This document shows, piece after piece, positions 39,101-52,900 of a stretch of DNA of 64,000 nucleotides. This DNA is from Tubiluchus corallicola (lineage: Eukaryota; Animalia; Priapulida). A program made the translations under genes and the position numbers. The notes below the pieces were generated by a model. That model made no database searches and had not been told where the DNA came from. It saw nothing but the letters and a program-made list of their open reading frames with translations. The stretch covers positions 558,001-622,000 of the forward strand of contig JAQGDQ010000004.1 of assembly GCA_030141605.1 (NCBI GenBank), given 5' to 3'. Position 1 is the stretch's first letter, and every line of letters begins with the position of its first letter.

Positions 39101-42100
39101 CTTAGCTAACAACTTGTAAAGAAATTTGAAATACAAAAGCTGTTTATTGGCTACAATGACAGTAAAATGATGCTGATTTATACGCACCTATGACGAACGG
39201 TATCACAAAGATTTGAGGTACCGTAAGACCAACAAAGAAGCGGAAAACAGTGAAAGAGACAAAATTAGGTGCAAATGCAGTAGCTATGCCAAAAACGGTC
39301 TGCAACGTTAAACAAGCAAAAAAGGCCTTCTTTCTTCCTGTTCTGTGAATGAAAAAAAAATTAATGCAATGCTAAGAAATTAAACATGTGAAAATGGTCT
39401 TGACTCTCACACAGAAAACAAGCACCTTCAATATTTCCCTTCAAAATTAGTTAGTTTCCTAATATTAGGAATCATATATGCTCTGGGTAACACTTGGAGT
39501 GTTGACCATTGATGATTCTGTGGCTGTGCATTCATTTTAGCAGTAGATAAAAATTTAATGTCTGCAGGGCATGATGTACTTACATCACAACGTGATTCTG
39601 CTGGTACAGTAACTCAACCATCTTAGAAGGTTATGTTAGATAATAAGCTAGGATCCTGTCTTCTTGCTATGAATGCCAACAGTGTATAGACATTAGCTTG
39701 TAGAGTTTAAAATGTGTTAAAAAATGCCTACTACCTCATCTCTTTTACAGGCACTTTAAACTTGTATGAACAACTATAAGCCAAAAAATTATTGATATAT
39801 GCTGAAAAGCCCAAGATGTTGCAAAACACAGCTGTCTGCTACCTAAAAAGCAGTTTACCTTGTTCTAAGTACCTAAATGCTGTTCTATGTTTTTTGGCTA
39901 CATTACAATCTTCATTTGAAAACAATGCTACAAGCGCAGCCTTTAAAAATACAGTAGAAATAGTAAAGGTGTATTGTATGCATATACGACATTCTGAAAA
40001 AACTTTTGTATGCTTATCCAGACAACTGTAGAAAAACAAATGAAAATCTCATTTAGTAATGGAACAGTTAATAACTTACTCTATTTCAATGTTAGCACTT
40101 TAGACTTACTACTTTTACTTTACTTTTCCTTTTACCTCATGAAGATAGTTGCAGTGGAAGTTTGTCAAATTGCTTTTAAAGATCAGAAGTTCTTTATTAT
40201 CACAGACGCTAACATCGCCATTTTAATCATCATCACATCACTATCATTGCTGTTGTTACTGTTGTTCGCAGTCGTAATATTAATGAGTGGGCTTTCAAGA
40301 AATTTGCTGTTATCGTAGTTGATAAAATTAATTTGTGTTGTAAATATGAAACAAGTATCAACTAAATAAACTATTCTTACAGGCAAATTACCAGTGAAAA
40401 TCGTGCAAAAACATTTTGCTTAAAAAATTAGGAACAAAAATCAATAAGATGCAAACACTCAAGTCAACATATTTACTGTTAACTATTTTTGCCTCTTGCC
40501 AATGGTAATTGACTGATACAGCATATTTAGTTACATAATGAAGTCAGTTCATAGTGAGAGGAATATCAAAAATGAAACTTTGAACTAGTTATACTATTGT
40601 ACTATTATGGTAATCACAGAAGTCATCTGCGTAGGACTATTGCGAGCAAATTACATACTGTTGTAATGTAGTGGAACCAGATAGCATTTTATTTGAGCAT
40701 AAACATGTCTACCTTAGAATGGCTTTTTGGAGTGGCTTAATAAAATGCTCCATGCCCAACTACTGCCCCACCCTTAGTAACCACTAATGTAGGAATTTTA
40801 TACAGCAATGTCAAGAGTAGTACAAAGTGTAAGTAAAAATTTACAAAAGGTAAACAAAATAGCATGGGAAAAATAAACAAGTTATTAATAAACACATTTT
40901 TATGATTTTTCTGAGACAGGACAGTTTCAGGGCAGTATGCCCTAATAATTTAGGGACCAGGAATATTTTTTCTGCTACTATCTAAATGATCACAATGGTG
41001 AACAGTATATGACTAAATAAAGTAACCTCTTAAAACTTGCATGGCTACAGCATTGTGTAGTCTCATCTTTGCCATGTACAAATTTGCCCAAACATAGCTT
41101 TTTGAGGGTGGTCTCACAAATGGGCCAGTACTGCCCACAAAACTGTACTGCAGAAATGTCCACCAAGTATTTTTCACAATTCAAAATAAGTACTTTTTCA
41201 AAATACATAGGGAAAATTTGGCTTTCTGGATGGTACTGGTGACCAAATTTTGAGGGTCTAGCTCACGGACTATAAACCCTAGTCATTCATCCTGCTTGGA
41301 GTACTGTTGAGCTGTTCTAAAAAGACCTGACCCAGTCATATAGTCCACTTCTATCCAAAGAGCTGTAGATAGTTAGTAAGTCAATTTAGAAAATTTGAAA
41401 TAATTCCTAGCAACAGTAGATTATGATATTAAATAGCTTGCTTTGACAGAGAAACAAATTTTCTGTAATTTTGGGAACCAGTTACTGAATACTTTTGTTT
41501 TATAATTGTAATTTGTGTCTGGAGGTGCTTTGTTCTTATTATCATCATAAAAGTCCAGAAACTAGTTACAAAAAATTCTCTTAAATGAAACTGAAAGATC
41601 ACTGTGAGGGTGTCATAGTATATTGTAAAGTGGATCGTAGTACTGGACAAAATAAATTTATAAAATGCTAAAAATGCTTGTGCACAGGTCCTACTACAAT
41701 AATGTAACACATTTAAAATTTAGACGTTTTCAAAGCCTGCTTTTCTATGGAATATGGTGCCAGTTGTTCTTGTTATTTCAGAACATGAGTTTTCTGTGCA
41801 GCACATAGATAACACCAAAATAGATTCTTAGATGTTTTTTGAAACTAATAAGTTCCTGCACATTGCTTCTGAAAGCAATCACAAACTTGTTTTAACAGAA
41901 AGATTAGGAAAGATTTCAAGTAGCTAACAAACATATTACTGTCTTTCAGTGTCATGGTAACTTATGTAAATCAGCTATTTTCTTCAAAAACACAGTAGGA
42001 ATTCAAACACATCTCTAAGCCTCAAACAAGTATTAGGAAAACAAAATATGATTCCTTAAACACATAAAAATGTGAATTAAAATCTAAAATCTTATGCACC

Positions 42101-43892
42101 CTTTGTACATTATCACAACTTTTACACAATTAGCTAAATACAACATAATCGAACTTACTGGCTGCTCCTTGCCCATATTTATTTATATTAGGTATGAGCA
42201 CAAACATTTATGTTAGGTATCATTAGTAAGACGAGAATCTATGTACTATAGTACTCACTTTTATATTATTAAAATTATTAGGTTAAGTATGTTAATGTAT
42301 AATTATTTTATGTTAGTTGAAATGCAAAAAATTATCTCTTAAGCTGAATTTAATTTTAGCTCTTACCTGTCTTGAATAAAACCAAACAGAAAATTTCCAA
42401 TCAAGTTGCCAACAGAATAAATTGTGTATGCCAAGGAACCCATGTAGTCCTTATCACATACTAAATTCCACTGTAAATCATAAAAGCATGTACAACAATG
42501 GCAATTCAATATATAGAAACAAGAATTTTTGAGAGACTGCCGTCTACAGTGAAATCAATGTAAAGTACTGTGAAACAGCAAAACGGATGAATAGGTACAA
42601 AAAATGTAATATTTTTTTTAAATCTGCATGGGAATAATACGGAGGTAAGCATACCAATGTGGCAACCAAGCTCACAAAAACATTTAAAGATCTCTAGACT
42701 TAATCTTAACACAAATAACTATAGATGTAATTGTAAACCAATAATTTGATATTAATAATAATGATAATAATAATAATAATAGTAATAATAATATAGTTCT
42801 TTAGAATAACTACAGACACACTCTGTACTTATATATGTGCTATCAGAGAGTTTTCGCTACAATCGCAGAACGTTTTTTCGTCGGGGAGTGGAATTGACGT
42901 TATCCTACTGTCGCGAAGATTGTAGACTAGAAGAATTTCGACTGTAGACGATCACAAGCTGAGCGTTCTGCAGTTGTAAGCTGATTGTAGATTTTTTACA
43001 GTCAGCAGATGTCGCAGTTTCAGCACAATTTCGAGCTAAACAACATTTGCACTTTAGTTTGAGACAGTGTGTTTTGTCTGATGATGTCTGAAGATCATAC
43101 ACCAAACCTTAGTTAAAATCTTTTCAGCTCTTCAAAAATTCATCAGTAGTGTCACGGACTGCAGTGATATGTACTGAGTGTGATTCTGACTGAGACTGTA
43201 GTGATGTCATTTCAGAGTCAGAATTATTTGCTGTTTGACAGTAGTGGAAACTATCAATTATTAATCAATTTGAAAAACTAAGGTTTTTGTTCCAAGACAA
43301 CAAACTGTTGTCCTGTTTTTACTTTCTAAATCATGAAAGTAAGCTTAGCAAAAACGGCAGTCAATATTTTTAATTTTTTTTTCAGAAACCATAAGCTCAT
43401 TAACACATAGGAAAATATTTTAGGTAGAAAAGAATATCTGGAAAATAGTAAGGAGACACTTTGCCTCATGCTGTTAAGAAATACACAAAATGACAAACAA
43501 ACCTCAGTTATGGCTGTCTTTTCATAATTTGAATGATCATAGTTCCAACCATATTTACAAGCAGTAGAATTCCATGCTGAATCACCATACCAAGTATGAT
43601 TAACCTCAATAAGTTCATCATAATTAACATCGTACATTAAGCATTGGCTAAACACCATTTCACCTCTTTGATCCTCTAAAGGAACACTCATGTTCTTCTG
43701 TAGTTCATCCGTAAAACCTATTAGTTGTGGTACAGTGCACCAATGTGGGGGTATAGCACCGAGAAACACTTGATTAAAACCATGAAAAGCACAAGGTATG
43801 CAAGCGGGAACACATATCAACCAGAATAGTAACTTCTGGTACTTTCCCCACTCGCCAATATGCGGTAGCACTTCATCAAAATCTAACACCAT
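24135..43892 (-). CDS. SLC22 organic cation/zwitterion transporter (MFS; resembles the carcinine transporter CarT group), about 579-581 aa, with three alternative versions of coding exon 9
   Basis: Exons 43892-43503, 42470-42367, 39342-39188, 38741-38573, 36976-36850, 35993-35872, 35016-34882, 32414-32335, [31128-30947 or 29787-29600 or 28149-27962], 25793-25624, 24240-24135. Motifs FDEVLPHIGEWGKYQ, TEWNLVCD, ELVGPSKR, LPESSRWL, DLFRTPNLRK, DRWGRR, ELYPTVVR, LPETLNENLPETIEEAE. The CarT likeness is from memory only. Confidence 0.92.
26442..27621. mobile_element. PIF/Harbinger-type MITE, copy 2 (same family as 4361-5424)
   Basis: Left end ggaccaatgcagatatgca, right end ggcc, TAA on both flanks; shares internal strings agagtatgg..gtgactgacca, gcagcagaaatgtgtt and cactgccttcttctt with copy 1. 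Confidence 0.75.
27962..28149 (-). CDS. SLC22 alternative exon 9C (TM10-TM11), 188 nt
   Basis: tttgtttatag|GT...TTG|gtaaac; encodes GGHHLWLLVTLSMTGKFGISTSFVDIYVMAAELYPTVLRGLGLGFSQLVGSIGVVAVPMIVYL. Confidence 0.9.
29267..29323 (-). pseudogene. tRNA-Thr(TGT)-like fragment or tRNA-derived SINE head
   Basis: Minus strand agtggcctagtggttatggcatcggccttgtaagccaaaagtccctggttcaaatcc: A box, anticodon loop CTTGTAA, B box; no pairing acceptor stem. Confidence 0.7.
29600..29787 (-). CDS. SLC22 alternative exon 9B (TM10-TM11), 188 nt
   Basis: ttttctttatag|GT...TTG|gtaaag; encodes GENFLWVLVTLSLIGKFGVSTSFVDIYLMSAELYPTVVRGVGMGMSELMGAVGVIAMPMVVYL. Confidence 0.9.
30947..31128 (-). CDS. SLC22 alternative exon 9A (TM10-TM11), 182 nt
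   Basis: ttgccag|GA...TTG|gtaaga; encodes GQLNWIISLSIIGKFGISTSHVMIYLFAGELFPTVVRGLGIGFSEFCGSAGAIASPFVVYL. Confidence 0.9.
36370..36700. repeat. Diverged tandem repeat, about 50-70 bp units
   Basis: Recurring cataactatgagttcaaaaagctgctaataagtagtcgat-like units. Confidence 0.75.
42754..42793. repeat. (AAT)n microsatellite
   Basis: Visible aataataat run. Confidence 0.85.
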
Positions 43893-45764
43893 TTTAAAGC
43901 AGTGTTGACTGATTGTAATTCATAGGTGACCTAGAAAACAGAAAAGAAATCTGATCATTAATACATGTATCCAAGAACTGATCACAGCATTGATAGCATT
44001 ACATTTATTTTTACCATACATATCGTTAAATTAAATTTAGGTTTACCATGGATGAAACAGCTTCAAACAAGTGAAAAACTTTTTAGTTAATAATTTATCA
44101 GCTCTTCAGCACATCATCACATCATTCTTGCAAGACATTTTACACCTTTAGATATTACATACAAGGGAACAAAAGTTATCAGCATCTGCATGGACATAAA
44201 CTAACAAACATAACATACAATCTGCTACTTGCACAGTGCTAAAATGGTTCAATGTGCAAACAACAGTGTCTACGATTAATGTTGCTCAAACATTTTGATA
44301 TTTTTATTTATTTTTGATTACTATAAGGTTGAAAAATTGCTCATAAAGTCATCATTCATAATATTCAGGGTATATGGTAGAAAAAACAGTGCTTCAACAG
44401 CACTGTTAGTTGACAGCCTGGGTTTCTCATTCAATTAAGTATTTTTGACATAAAATAGCTACAAAATTTCCAAAGTTGTTATCCATGCAGTGCTCAAAGC
44501 TCCATTTTCTTATCTACTAAAAGCTATTCTAAAACCAGTAAAATAAATGTCAATTGGCCCAATTTAGGGTGAACATCACGGTTGCTTTCCTTCAGACTCA
44601 TTCATTAATAGTTTTAGAACTTGAAAGCCATGTGTATCAATATTGTTTGTCATTGCAATAACTATGACTGCACAAAATGAACTGGATGGTATGAATGTCC
44701 ATTTGCAGATACGCCAGTTGCTTGTCAGGTGACAAGAATTTATGTCCAGTAAGCCCTAAATCCCATATGTAAGCTTCTTTATAAATTATATATAAATAAG
44801 TTGATTACAAAAAACATTTTTTCACTATTTAGAATTTAAAAACAATTGAGTGAGTAATAATTTATTGCATTACACAACAATGCAATGCAAAGATGAAGGT
44901 ATGAAAAACCAAAGACAGTGACACAATAAATCTGCCAGTAGTCAATTAGTCACCAAAGACAATAGTGGTAATAGTACAGTAAATATGCCAGTAGTCAACC
45001 AGTCCTGAGTTTAGCAGCAAGTCATTTTACGGGCTTAGTCACGGAATTCTGTGGTAATTAGTAAGTCTTTTGCTTCATAATTGGTACATGATTTGCGAGA
45101 ACAGTGAGATCACTAAATAGCGTCACTGTTCAGAGTCTGAATTTTCACTGCTCAAGACATATTGGTAATTGCTAAGTCCTAACTGGCACTAAAGAAAGTG
45201 CACTCGACGACTGTGAATTAGCATATAACCAACACAAACTTCACGTAATTTTGCATCAGAAAACTATAATGCAAAATTACAATGCTAATTTACCAGCACT
45301 CAATGTCTTGTCAACTTCAGTGTTGTTAAGTCTTGAATCAGAATCCAAATCCTTAGTACCGTACCTTTCTAGTACTAGTAGTACCTAGGCTAAGCCTAGG
45401 TATAACTAGTATAAGTTGCTCCTCAGCATTCGAGGAACAAGCTTTCTGGACTCCAGTTCCTACTACGAATAAATTTAAAGATTGTAAAAATTAACTTTTT
45501 CCAGCTTCGTTTAAGCTTTAAAATATCACAAAAATTAACTTTTGCGCCTGACCTTCGCCTATTGCAGCCGTCACCTTACGCTTGTTTTGTAATTATTACT
45601 GCTGCACGTGCAGCCTTATGAATATACTATATAAACATCGCTGCACAGCTTTACAATTTGGGCATCACTAATTCGTGCAACGCGATTACTGTCTTTTCTT
45701 ACGACTGATACGAACACGATTCGGATTAACCTGGCCTGCGTTTTTTTAAGTGCAATTAGCTGTA

Positions 45765-46255
45765 ACAAGCATCGAACGTTCAAGTTCGAAGGCACAAATC
45801 GAACTCGAACGTTCTAGTTCGATGGCACGAATTGAACGCGAACGTTCAAATTCAATAAGAAACGAACTTTATTACGTCAAATTCAATTCGAATCGGTTAT
45901 TATAGGTACTAATAATTCTGCACTTGAAACGTATGAAATTCCTTATCAATAAAAGATTTGTAACATTATGCAACCAGCACAATTTACGTGCGATTATTGA
46001 TTTATTATGCCAAACTTTTAAACAAAATATTGGTGTTCTTATTGCAGAATAACATGCACAATCCATGTTTTTTATTAAATGATTTGTAAATTTATTAAAA
46101 AATCTTCAAGATTAAACTCGAGTGCGAATCAAATTTGACGACTCAATTTTATCAAATCATTATTGGATATTAAAAGTGCAAATATAAAAATTCAATCCAA
46201 TTTATTCTCGAAATTCGGTTTGATTCGATTCAAATTCGCTTTCTGGCAGAGAATG
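45765..46255. mobile_element. TTCGAA-rich MITE, inverted relative of 46606-47014
   Basis: End ttcgattcaaattcgctttctggcagagaatg is the near reverse complement of cattctctacctgcaagcgaattcgaatcgaa at about 46616. Confidence 0.6.
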
Positions 46256-46399
46256 GTTGTTCCTAATAATTAATCATTTAAATGTAATGCATTTCTTTCG
46301 AGTACATCATTCTAGCTTAAACCAATGTTTTGCAGTATCACTTTTATTTTGGCTCTATGGACTTTTACATTACAAATATGTCTTACCTCTCAATCTTAC

Positions 46400-47790
46400 C
46401 TTTCAAAGTCATAGGGACCGAGAGTTGAACTCGGTTACAGTCCCCTCTCAGACACGATTTAAAACCATTGACAGATGGTGCTTGAATGGTTGAAGCTGAT
46501 AATTTGGTCCAAGGGTCGAGGATGCAGGAAGCAAAAAGTGTGACCAAACATTGGTTCATGAAAAAGAAACAAATGGTTTGGATGGGCATCCACAGAGGTC
46601 TTTAGTAGGGGTGAGCATTCTCTACCTGCAAGCGAATTCGAATCGAATCTAATTTGCGACTTTTGTGGTTGAATCAAATTCGAATTGAGTTTGAAAGATT
46701 TTCGATCAAGTTTTCGAACCATTAATAAAAAGTGGTTTAACAAAGATCATGCATATTACTTGATTTTGTTCTGCAGTAAAACCACTATTAGTTTGCTAAA
46801 ATTTTGCACAGAAATTGCAGTTAAATTGTGCTAATTGCATGCTGTTTCAAATATTTTAATGACAAAGAACGTATGTGACTGAAGTGCTGAATTATTTCAA
46901 TCTATAATTTTAGGTTCGAATCTAAGTTAAATGTAAAAAAACTCGTTCGAATCGAATTCGAACATTCAAACTCGATTCGAATGTTCGAACTCGAATGTTC
47001 TATGCTCACACCTAGTGTCTAGGCGGCATGAAAACAATCGTCTTCCTTGAGGATGGATGCTCCATTTATTACTTTACGACAGTTGATTAGGTCTCTCTCC
47101 ATTGTTCCAGAGTTGATATCGTGGAAAGGTCAGTGTCTTCAACTAGTATAACACACTGGTTTTGTGTTTTTTCCAAAGATGCTTTGAGAGTGGAGTACTG
47201 CAGTGACCAGAGTACTGAAGCATACTCAAGAATTGGGCGTACAACAGCTTTATAAAGTGGGATGATTGCCGAGGCTGTATTAGATGTAATACAACAATTG
47301 ATCATGCCTACTGATTTGCTTGTGAAATGACATTGCTAATGTGGATATTCCACTTTAAATTATTCGTTACTGTGATGCCAAGATCTTTAATGGATTATTT
47401 ATCCTCAATTGGCCCGTCTTTAAGACAATATGGAGTTTCATTTTTAGGACGAATGAGCAAAAGACGACTCTTGCTTTTTTATTTCCAAAAACCATTCTTC
47501 ACACCATTTTTAAATATTGTTGAGGTGGAATTGTAGCATGATATGCCCATTGCTGTCAGTCCATATCAGATGGAATGGTTTTGAATCATCAACATACAGG
47601 TCAATGATGTCCCAGTTGACAGGCAATTCGTGATATTGTTTATGAAGGTTTGGAAGCAATAAAGGCCACCGAGGGTGCCATGAGGTGTGCCACTGCGGAC
47701 ATACTTCCAACTTTTGGTTATGCCATTTAAAAAAACATTTGAGTTTGAGTAATCGATGATGACCAGAGTCCAGAACACTATCAATTATTT
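46400..47790 (-). mobile_element. Decayed CR1/L2-group LINE 3' portion, interrupted by a MITE
   Basis: VRSGTPHGTLGG, DLYVDDSK, LYKAVVRPILEYASVLWS, then beyond the MITE FASCILDPWTKLS; frameshifted. Confidence 0.75.
46606..47014. mobile_element. hAT-type TTCGAA-rich MITE nested in the LINE
   Basis: TIRs taggggtgagcat ... atgctcacaccta; 8-bp flanks gtctttag / gtgtctag (6 of 8 match). Confidence 0.7.
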
Positions 47791-48169
47791 GCAGTTCTGT
47801 TTTTCTTCTACTGAGTATTGAGTAGTGAGTACTGGCGTGTTTAGCTTGAAGAAAACAAATGTCTATTGAGTTAAAAACAAATAATTATAGCGCAAGCGTC
47901 AATTTATTAAAATGCGCTTAGCATGGCCCCTGTATCGAGGTTGAGTGAAAAATTCTACTCTCAAGTGTTGCTTTTCTTATCATTGTAGCTTACTGTTTGG
48001 TCCGATTAGTTGACAAATTTACGCAGCGTAGTTTCACAGCGCCCTTTCTGCCGTAAAGCAGGCACTCTTTTTAAGGTGCAAGCCTGCAAGGTACAAAACA
48101 CCGTAGTTTAGTTTGTCTACTTTACAGTCTTTAGTTGTTTTTTCCGGTATCCCATCATGACCATTGCAG

Positions 48170-49800
48170 TTTCTTCATAACACTTGTGCATTTGCTTCCA
48201 TTAGATCTTGACCTTGAATCCCTTTTTATTTAACAAAGACAAGCATTTACAGGTAAACAAATGTTCTGTTGTGTCAATCTCACATGAACGTTAAGAAAAC
48301 TTGCCATTATCTTAGTTTGTAATTATTTTTCAATTCTAAGACATTCTATCTAATCTTTAACTCCTTTAACCTTTAACATTTTTATATACTGTTGTTTTCC
48401 AAATGTTATCCTCGAGATTTAAAAATCTTAATTGTCATCGTTTCAACCTTGGTTTTAAACTCTTCTATTCTTTTCTTTTGCTTTTACCGTTTTTTCCATG
48501 CAGACCTTTACTTCTTGTATTTGCTGTACCTCATATTCAATGACATATTTGACCATTATTTTATTAACTTCTTCATACCAACACTTTTCATAATCTCGTT
48601 CTTTCTGGACCAATGACACTTCGCTTTGACATTCTTTGAACATTGGAATCAACTAAACTTGCAAAGGCATTAATTTTCTGTATTTCACTATTTATCACCC
48701 GATATGAAGTAGTTTTTTGCTCTAAGATTCTCTATGTAGTGTTTTTCTGAATATTTTCTAAGAATTTCCATTTCCTTGTGTTATATTTATTATAAAGGAC
48801 TGCAGGGATTACCTTTGATTCATGCATTAGTAATATGATTTCCAATAACTTGTGTTCCATATTTTCATCCTTTCCTATAATTAAAGTATTTAAGTAAATC
48901 TAAATAAATAAGGAATTTCATTTTCTTCTTTCACTTCTTTATCATTGCATTATATTTCCTAGTATTAGTCAACCGATTATACCCAAATATTTATATCTTT
49001 GGTCCCTTATTAATTCGCCTCCATTTATTTGAGTTCTTATTTTATGACTGGATTTTTTCTGTATCGTTCTTGTAATACATATTTGGTTTTCGTTATATTA
49101 AATCTTATTTTCTTTTGTTCTTCAAATTTAAGAAATTTTCTACTAATTAATCTATAGTATTTTTTTATCCTATTTCTAAAGTATTATAAACATACAATCT
49201 TGAGCATACCTCCAAATCAGGACCCATCATTATTTTAGGATAATTTAGTATATTTACAATTCTTTTGACTGGATCCAAATGGAATTTGTTGTGTTGCAGA
49301 CCTTTTAATTTGTACATCTGTTGTGTTTCCTACCAGTGTGTTAATTACCACCTCTAATGGAAATCTAAACAGTCATTTTTCATTTACTTCTACTTTCCAC
49401 GACTTATTTATGAGTCTTGCAACATAACTTGCCAAAACATTTTTTCTAATTCACCAGTGACCAAGTATAAATCATTATTTATGTACCTATCAAAGTCCAG
49501 TATTGCTCTGACTCGAGGTAAGTGATCTGCTGGGCTTCTGTTTTTTCCCCCTATTGTAAGTTGCTGATAACTTCATAATATCTTATCTTCTCATTATTGA
49601 TATCTTATCGTGTAGTTTACTTATTGTGCTACTTATTAGGCATATTTCTCTGCTAGTTTTCATAAATTGTCTTTTCTCACCCCCTGTATGTCAATTTTAT
49701 TGGCATTTCTTCCATTTGCCCAATACCTTTGTTATTTCCTAGGAAAGAAAGCAAACTGTTGTTGTTAAACCATTTTTTAGAAAGTTGAGAATTTAGACAG
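48170..49800 (-). mobile_element. Decayed LINE reverse-transcriptase remnant
   Basis: Minus-strand YAQD (about 49195-49210, YADD-like) followed by YKYLGII (about 48975-48997); A-rich coding strand, many stops. Confidence 0.6.
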
Positions 49801-49986
49801 GGCAATTTTCCATTTTTCACTCTATTTTTTTGCTGTTTTATGTGTACAGATTCCAAACTTGTATAAAAGAAAATCATTTGGTGGTGTAAAACTGTATGCT
49901 GTTTTTTCTTGTTACATAGCAGGTTTTGTTAATTTTATTTTTTGTGATATTTTACTGAAAAATAGTTTGTTCTCTAGCTATACAGT

Positions 49987-52900
49987 ATGCCATATGCTAA
50001 TCAGCCTACTATTCACGTCAGTGAATTAAGTGAAGAACATGTGAAGTTTTATATAGAGGATACTGACTTGAGGTGAAATTTTAACATCAAGTTGACTTCT
50101 AACACTGTTTTAAAATTTTCTTTTTAAACTAGACTTTAGGAGCATGTTAATATAAAACTGTTTGTTTACTTATGTGTTGGTTACAGGCTAATGTTTTCTA
50201 AATTGTCAGCTCATATAATATACAGCATGGCTAATTGACCTTGTATAAATTTGCTTGTTGATCTGATTCAGCACAAAAACACATTGTTTAACAAAATCAT
50301 TTCCTTTTTGTGTCAAATACTAAATTTATTATCACTGGTGTAATCTTAAAAAAAATTATTAATCAATGAATTCAAAATATTGTAGATTTTTTGTCCACTG
50401 TTTCATCACTCACCATTTTGCAACCTTGCGTTTTGGGGTTTTCTTATAGCTTTTAACTTTTTTGTAGTGTTGCCAATTCCATACGCAGAGTTTTAATCGC
50501 TGAAGTTCCAACATTGGGTAAGTTTCTATGTACTGCATCAAATAATAAAGAAACCCCAACAAAGAAATTGAAAAAAACATGATCTTTACTATGCTGTTGT
50601 GTACTACTTTTAAGGAGAAAGGAAAAAGCATCGAAAATCAGTAAGTGCAAAGTTTTTTGGACTTTATAACTCTGATCACAAATTCTAATTAAACACATTC
50701 AGTAATTAAAAACAGAGAATATGCAGCATGGAAAAATCCCCAATAAAAACACTAGATATTATTAATAACAGATTATGAAAGTATTCATTATGTAATGGAG
50801 AAGTATGATTATTAGCAAATAGCTTGTTAGTGTTTGTTGGTATTTTTTCTTTTCGCGTTAAGATCATATGCAGTAATATGGGTGTCTATGAAGTCTCTTT
50901 GCAATTTAAAAAATATGCTAAAAAGCAATTGATGAGGTACCTTAATCACATTTGTTCTATGTACTCAGTGGTTATCAAAGTTTTAAATCACTTTGTATTT
51001 GCGTATTTCATGTAACCCGTTGGTAAAAGACGTACTACTGTTAAACGAACCCCTAAAAATGACTACTCCTCAAGAAAAGGCATGTATGTCATGATTTTTA
51101 TTATTTAATTGCAAGTTTTTGTGCAGGACTTTGTGCACTGTTGAACGTGGTAGATGTAACTGTCCAGCAGCAGTACGAATGGACTTGCAGGAGAATGATC
51201 AAAGGCTTGTCTTACACAATCCATGTTTTCCTCAGATGTTCTTGGTCTGCCACTCCTCCCTTTATCCAACACTGACTCTATCTCCATAAATTTCTTGTGC
51301 CATGCACAAATTGAGAGATGTGACAGTGGATCTCTTCCATAGTTAGTTCTGTAATTTCGCTGAATCTGCTTACCTGATTTTGTTTCAATAAACCACGACA
51401 CACATTGTGCCTTTTCTTGCGGAGTAGTCATTTTTAGGGGTTCATTTAGCAGTAGGCCTCTTTTAGCAACAGGGTACCTGAAATACATAAATGAAATGTG
51501 ATTAAAAACTCTGATAACCACTGACTATATAGAGCAAATCTGATTAAGATATCTCATCAATTTTGTCTTTGTAATATATTTTTTAAATTGACTTTATTTC
51601 TGTATATTGGAATTTTGTATCTTTTTAATTTTGTCATTAGTGCATTTTCATGATTTTTTATATTTTTTATTAAGAGGTATTGAAAGTTATTGTATCAGAA
51701 TTGTTTTTTTAAAAACGTAAGGCTGCTGTGTGAGCTACAGACTATAATTCAATTTATCAATTTTAGTTGTTTTATTTGATATGAAAGTGCAGTTAACTCT
51801 GCATAACTGGGATAACTGTGGACAGAACAGGTAGTTCCAGTTGGACTACCATGTTGGTGAAACCATGTTCATTTATTCCTTTTTGGCTGTACTGTGACTT
51901 TGCTCTTGTGCGTAACTGTTCAGATGATCTTACTGCAATACCAAATATTTTTTAAGATAAACATTGACAAATTCAACATTTGCAGGTAAATAAGATAAGT
52001 TTATTAAATATGCAATATACATCTTTTTAAATAGTCGATTTTTACTGTGTTACAGCAATAGACTGGATACAGCTGCAGTCAAATAGTACAGTATTGCATG
52101 ATGAATTCATAGCTCACAGGGTGGGGCTGATTCCATTGACTTGTGATGAGATTATTGACAGGATGCAGTTTCACAGGGTAAACAATTTGATTTTATTTTT
52201 GTTTAATTATTCTGGTATGCAGTGACTTACTATCCAGTTAGTTACCTGTAATTCAGTTGTCCTATAAGCTGTTTTTTGTTTTCATTTTTGCTTATGAAAC
52301 TTGTTTAGACTTTTTAGTAACAAAATTTATAAGTTTATCAATATTACCATTAGTAACAACTATTATGGAGTACGTGTTGTTTGAATAAATAGAGAAAATA
52401 TTTAAAACTTTATTTTTGAAATTACATTTAACTGGTGTTTGGTATTCTTCCAGGACTGTACATGTGACGAATTCTGTGATCAGTGTTCTGTGGAATTCAT
52501 GTTGGACGTCAAATGTACGGATGATCAGACGCGCCATGTAACTACAGCTGATCTCAAATCTGCTAACCCTCTTGTAGTACCTGTATGTATATGTCAGTTT
52601 TAAATGTATAATTTTATTTACAGCAGCAATGACAGGCTGATCATCTGTGATACTAGGAAGGTTTTCAGCGGGCCTCAAACTTGTGGTTTATCAGAGATAG
52701 AAATCACATTGATTTAAATACTTTAAACAAAACCATGACTTTTTTATTTTTTCTGATGTCAATGTCATTTTGGACGAAGTTGGTTTACAATAACAAAAGT
52801 TATCATTTAGCAGAAATCAGTGATCTCTGTTAATAGGAGAATGCATTACTTTGCCAAACAGTTTTGTTTTGATTTTTTTGTACAATTTAAATGTTACTTA

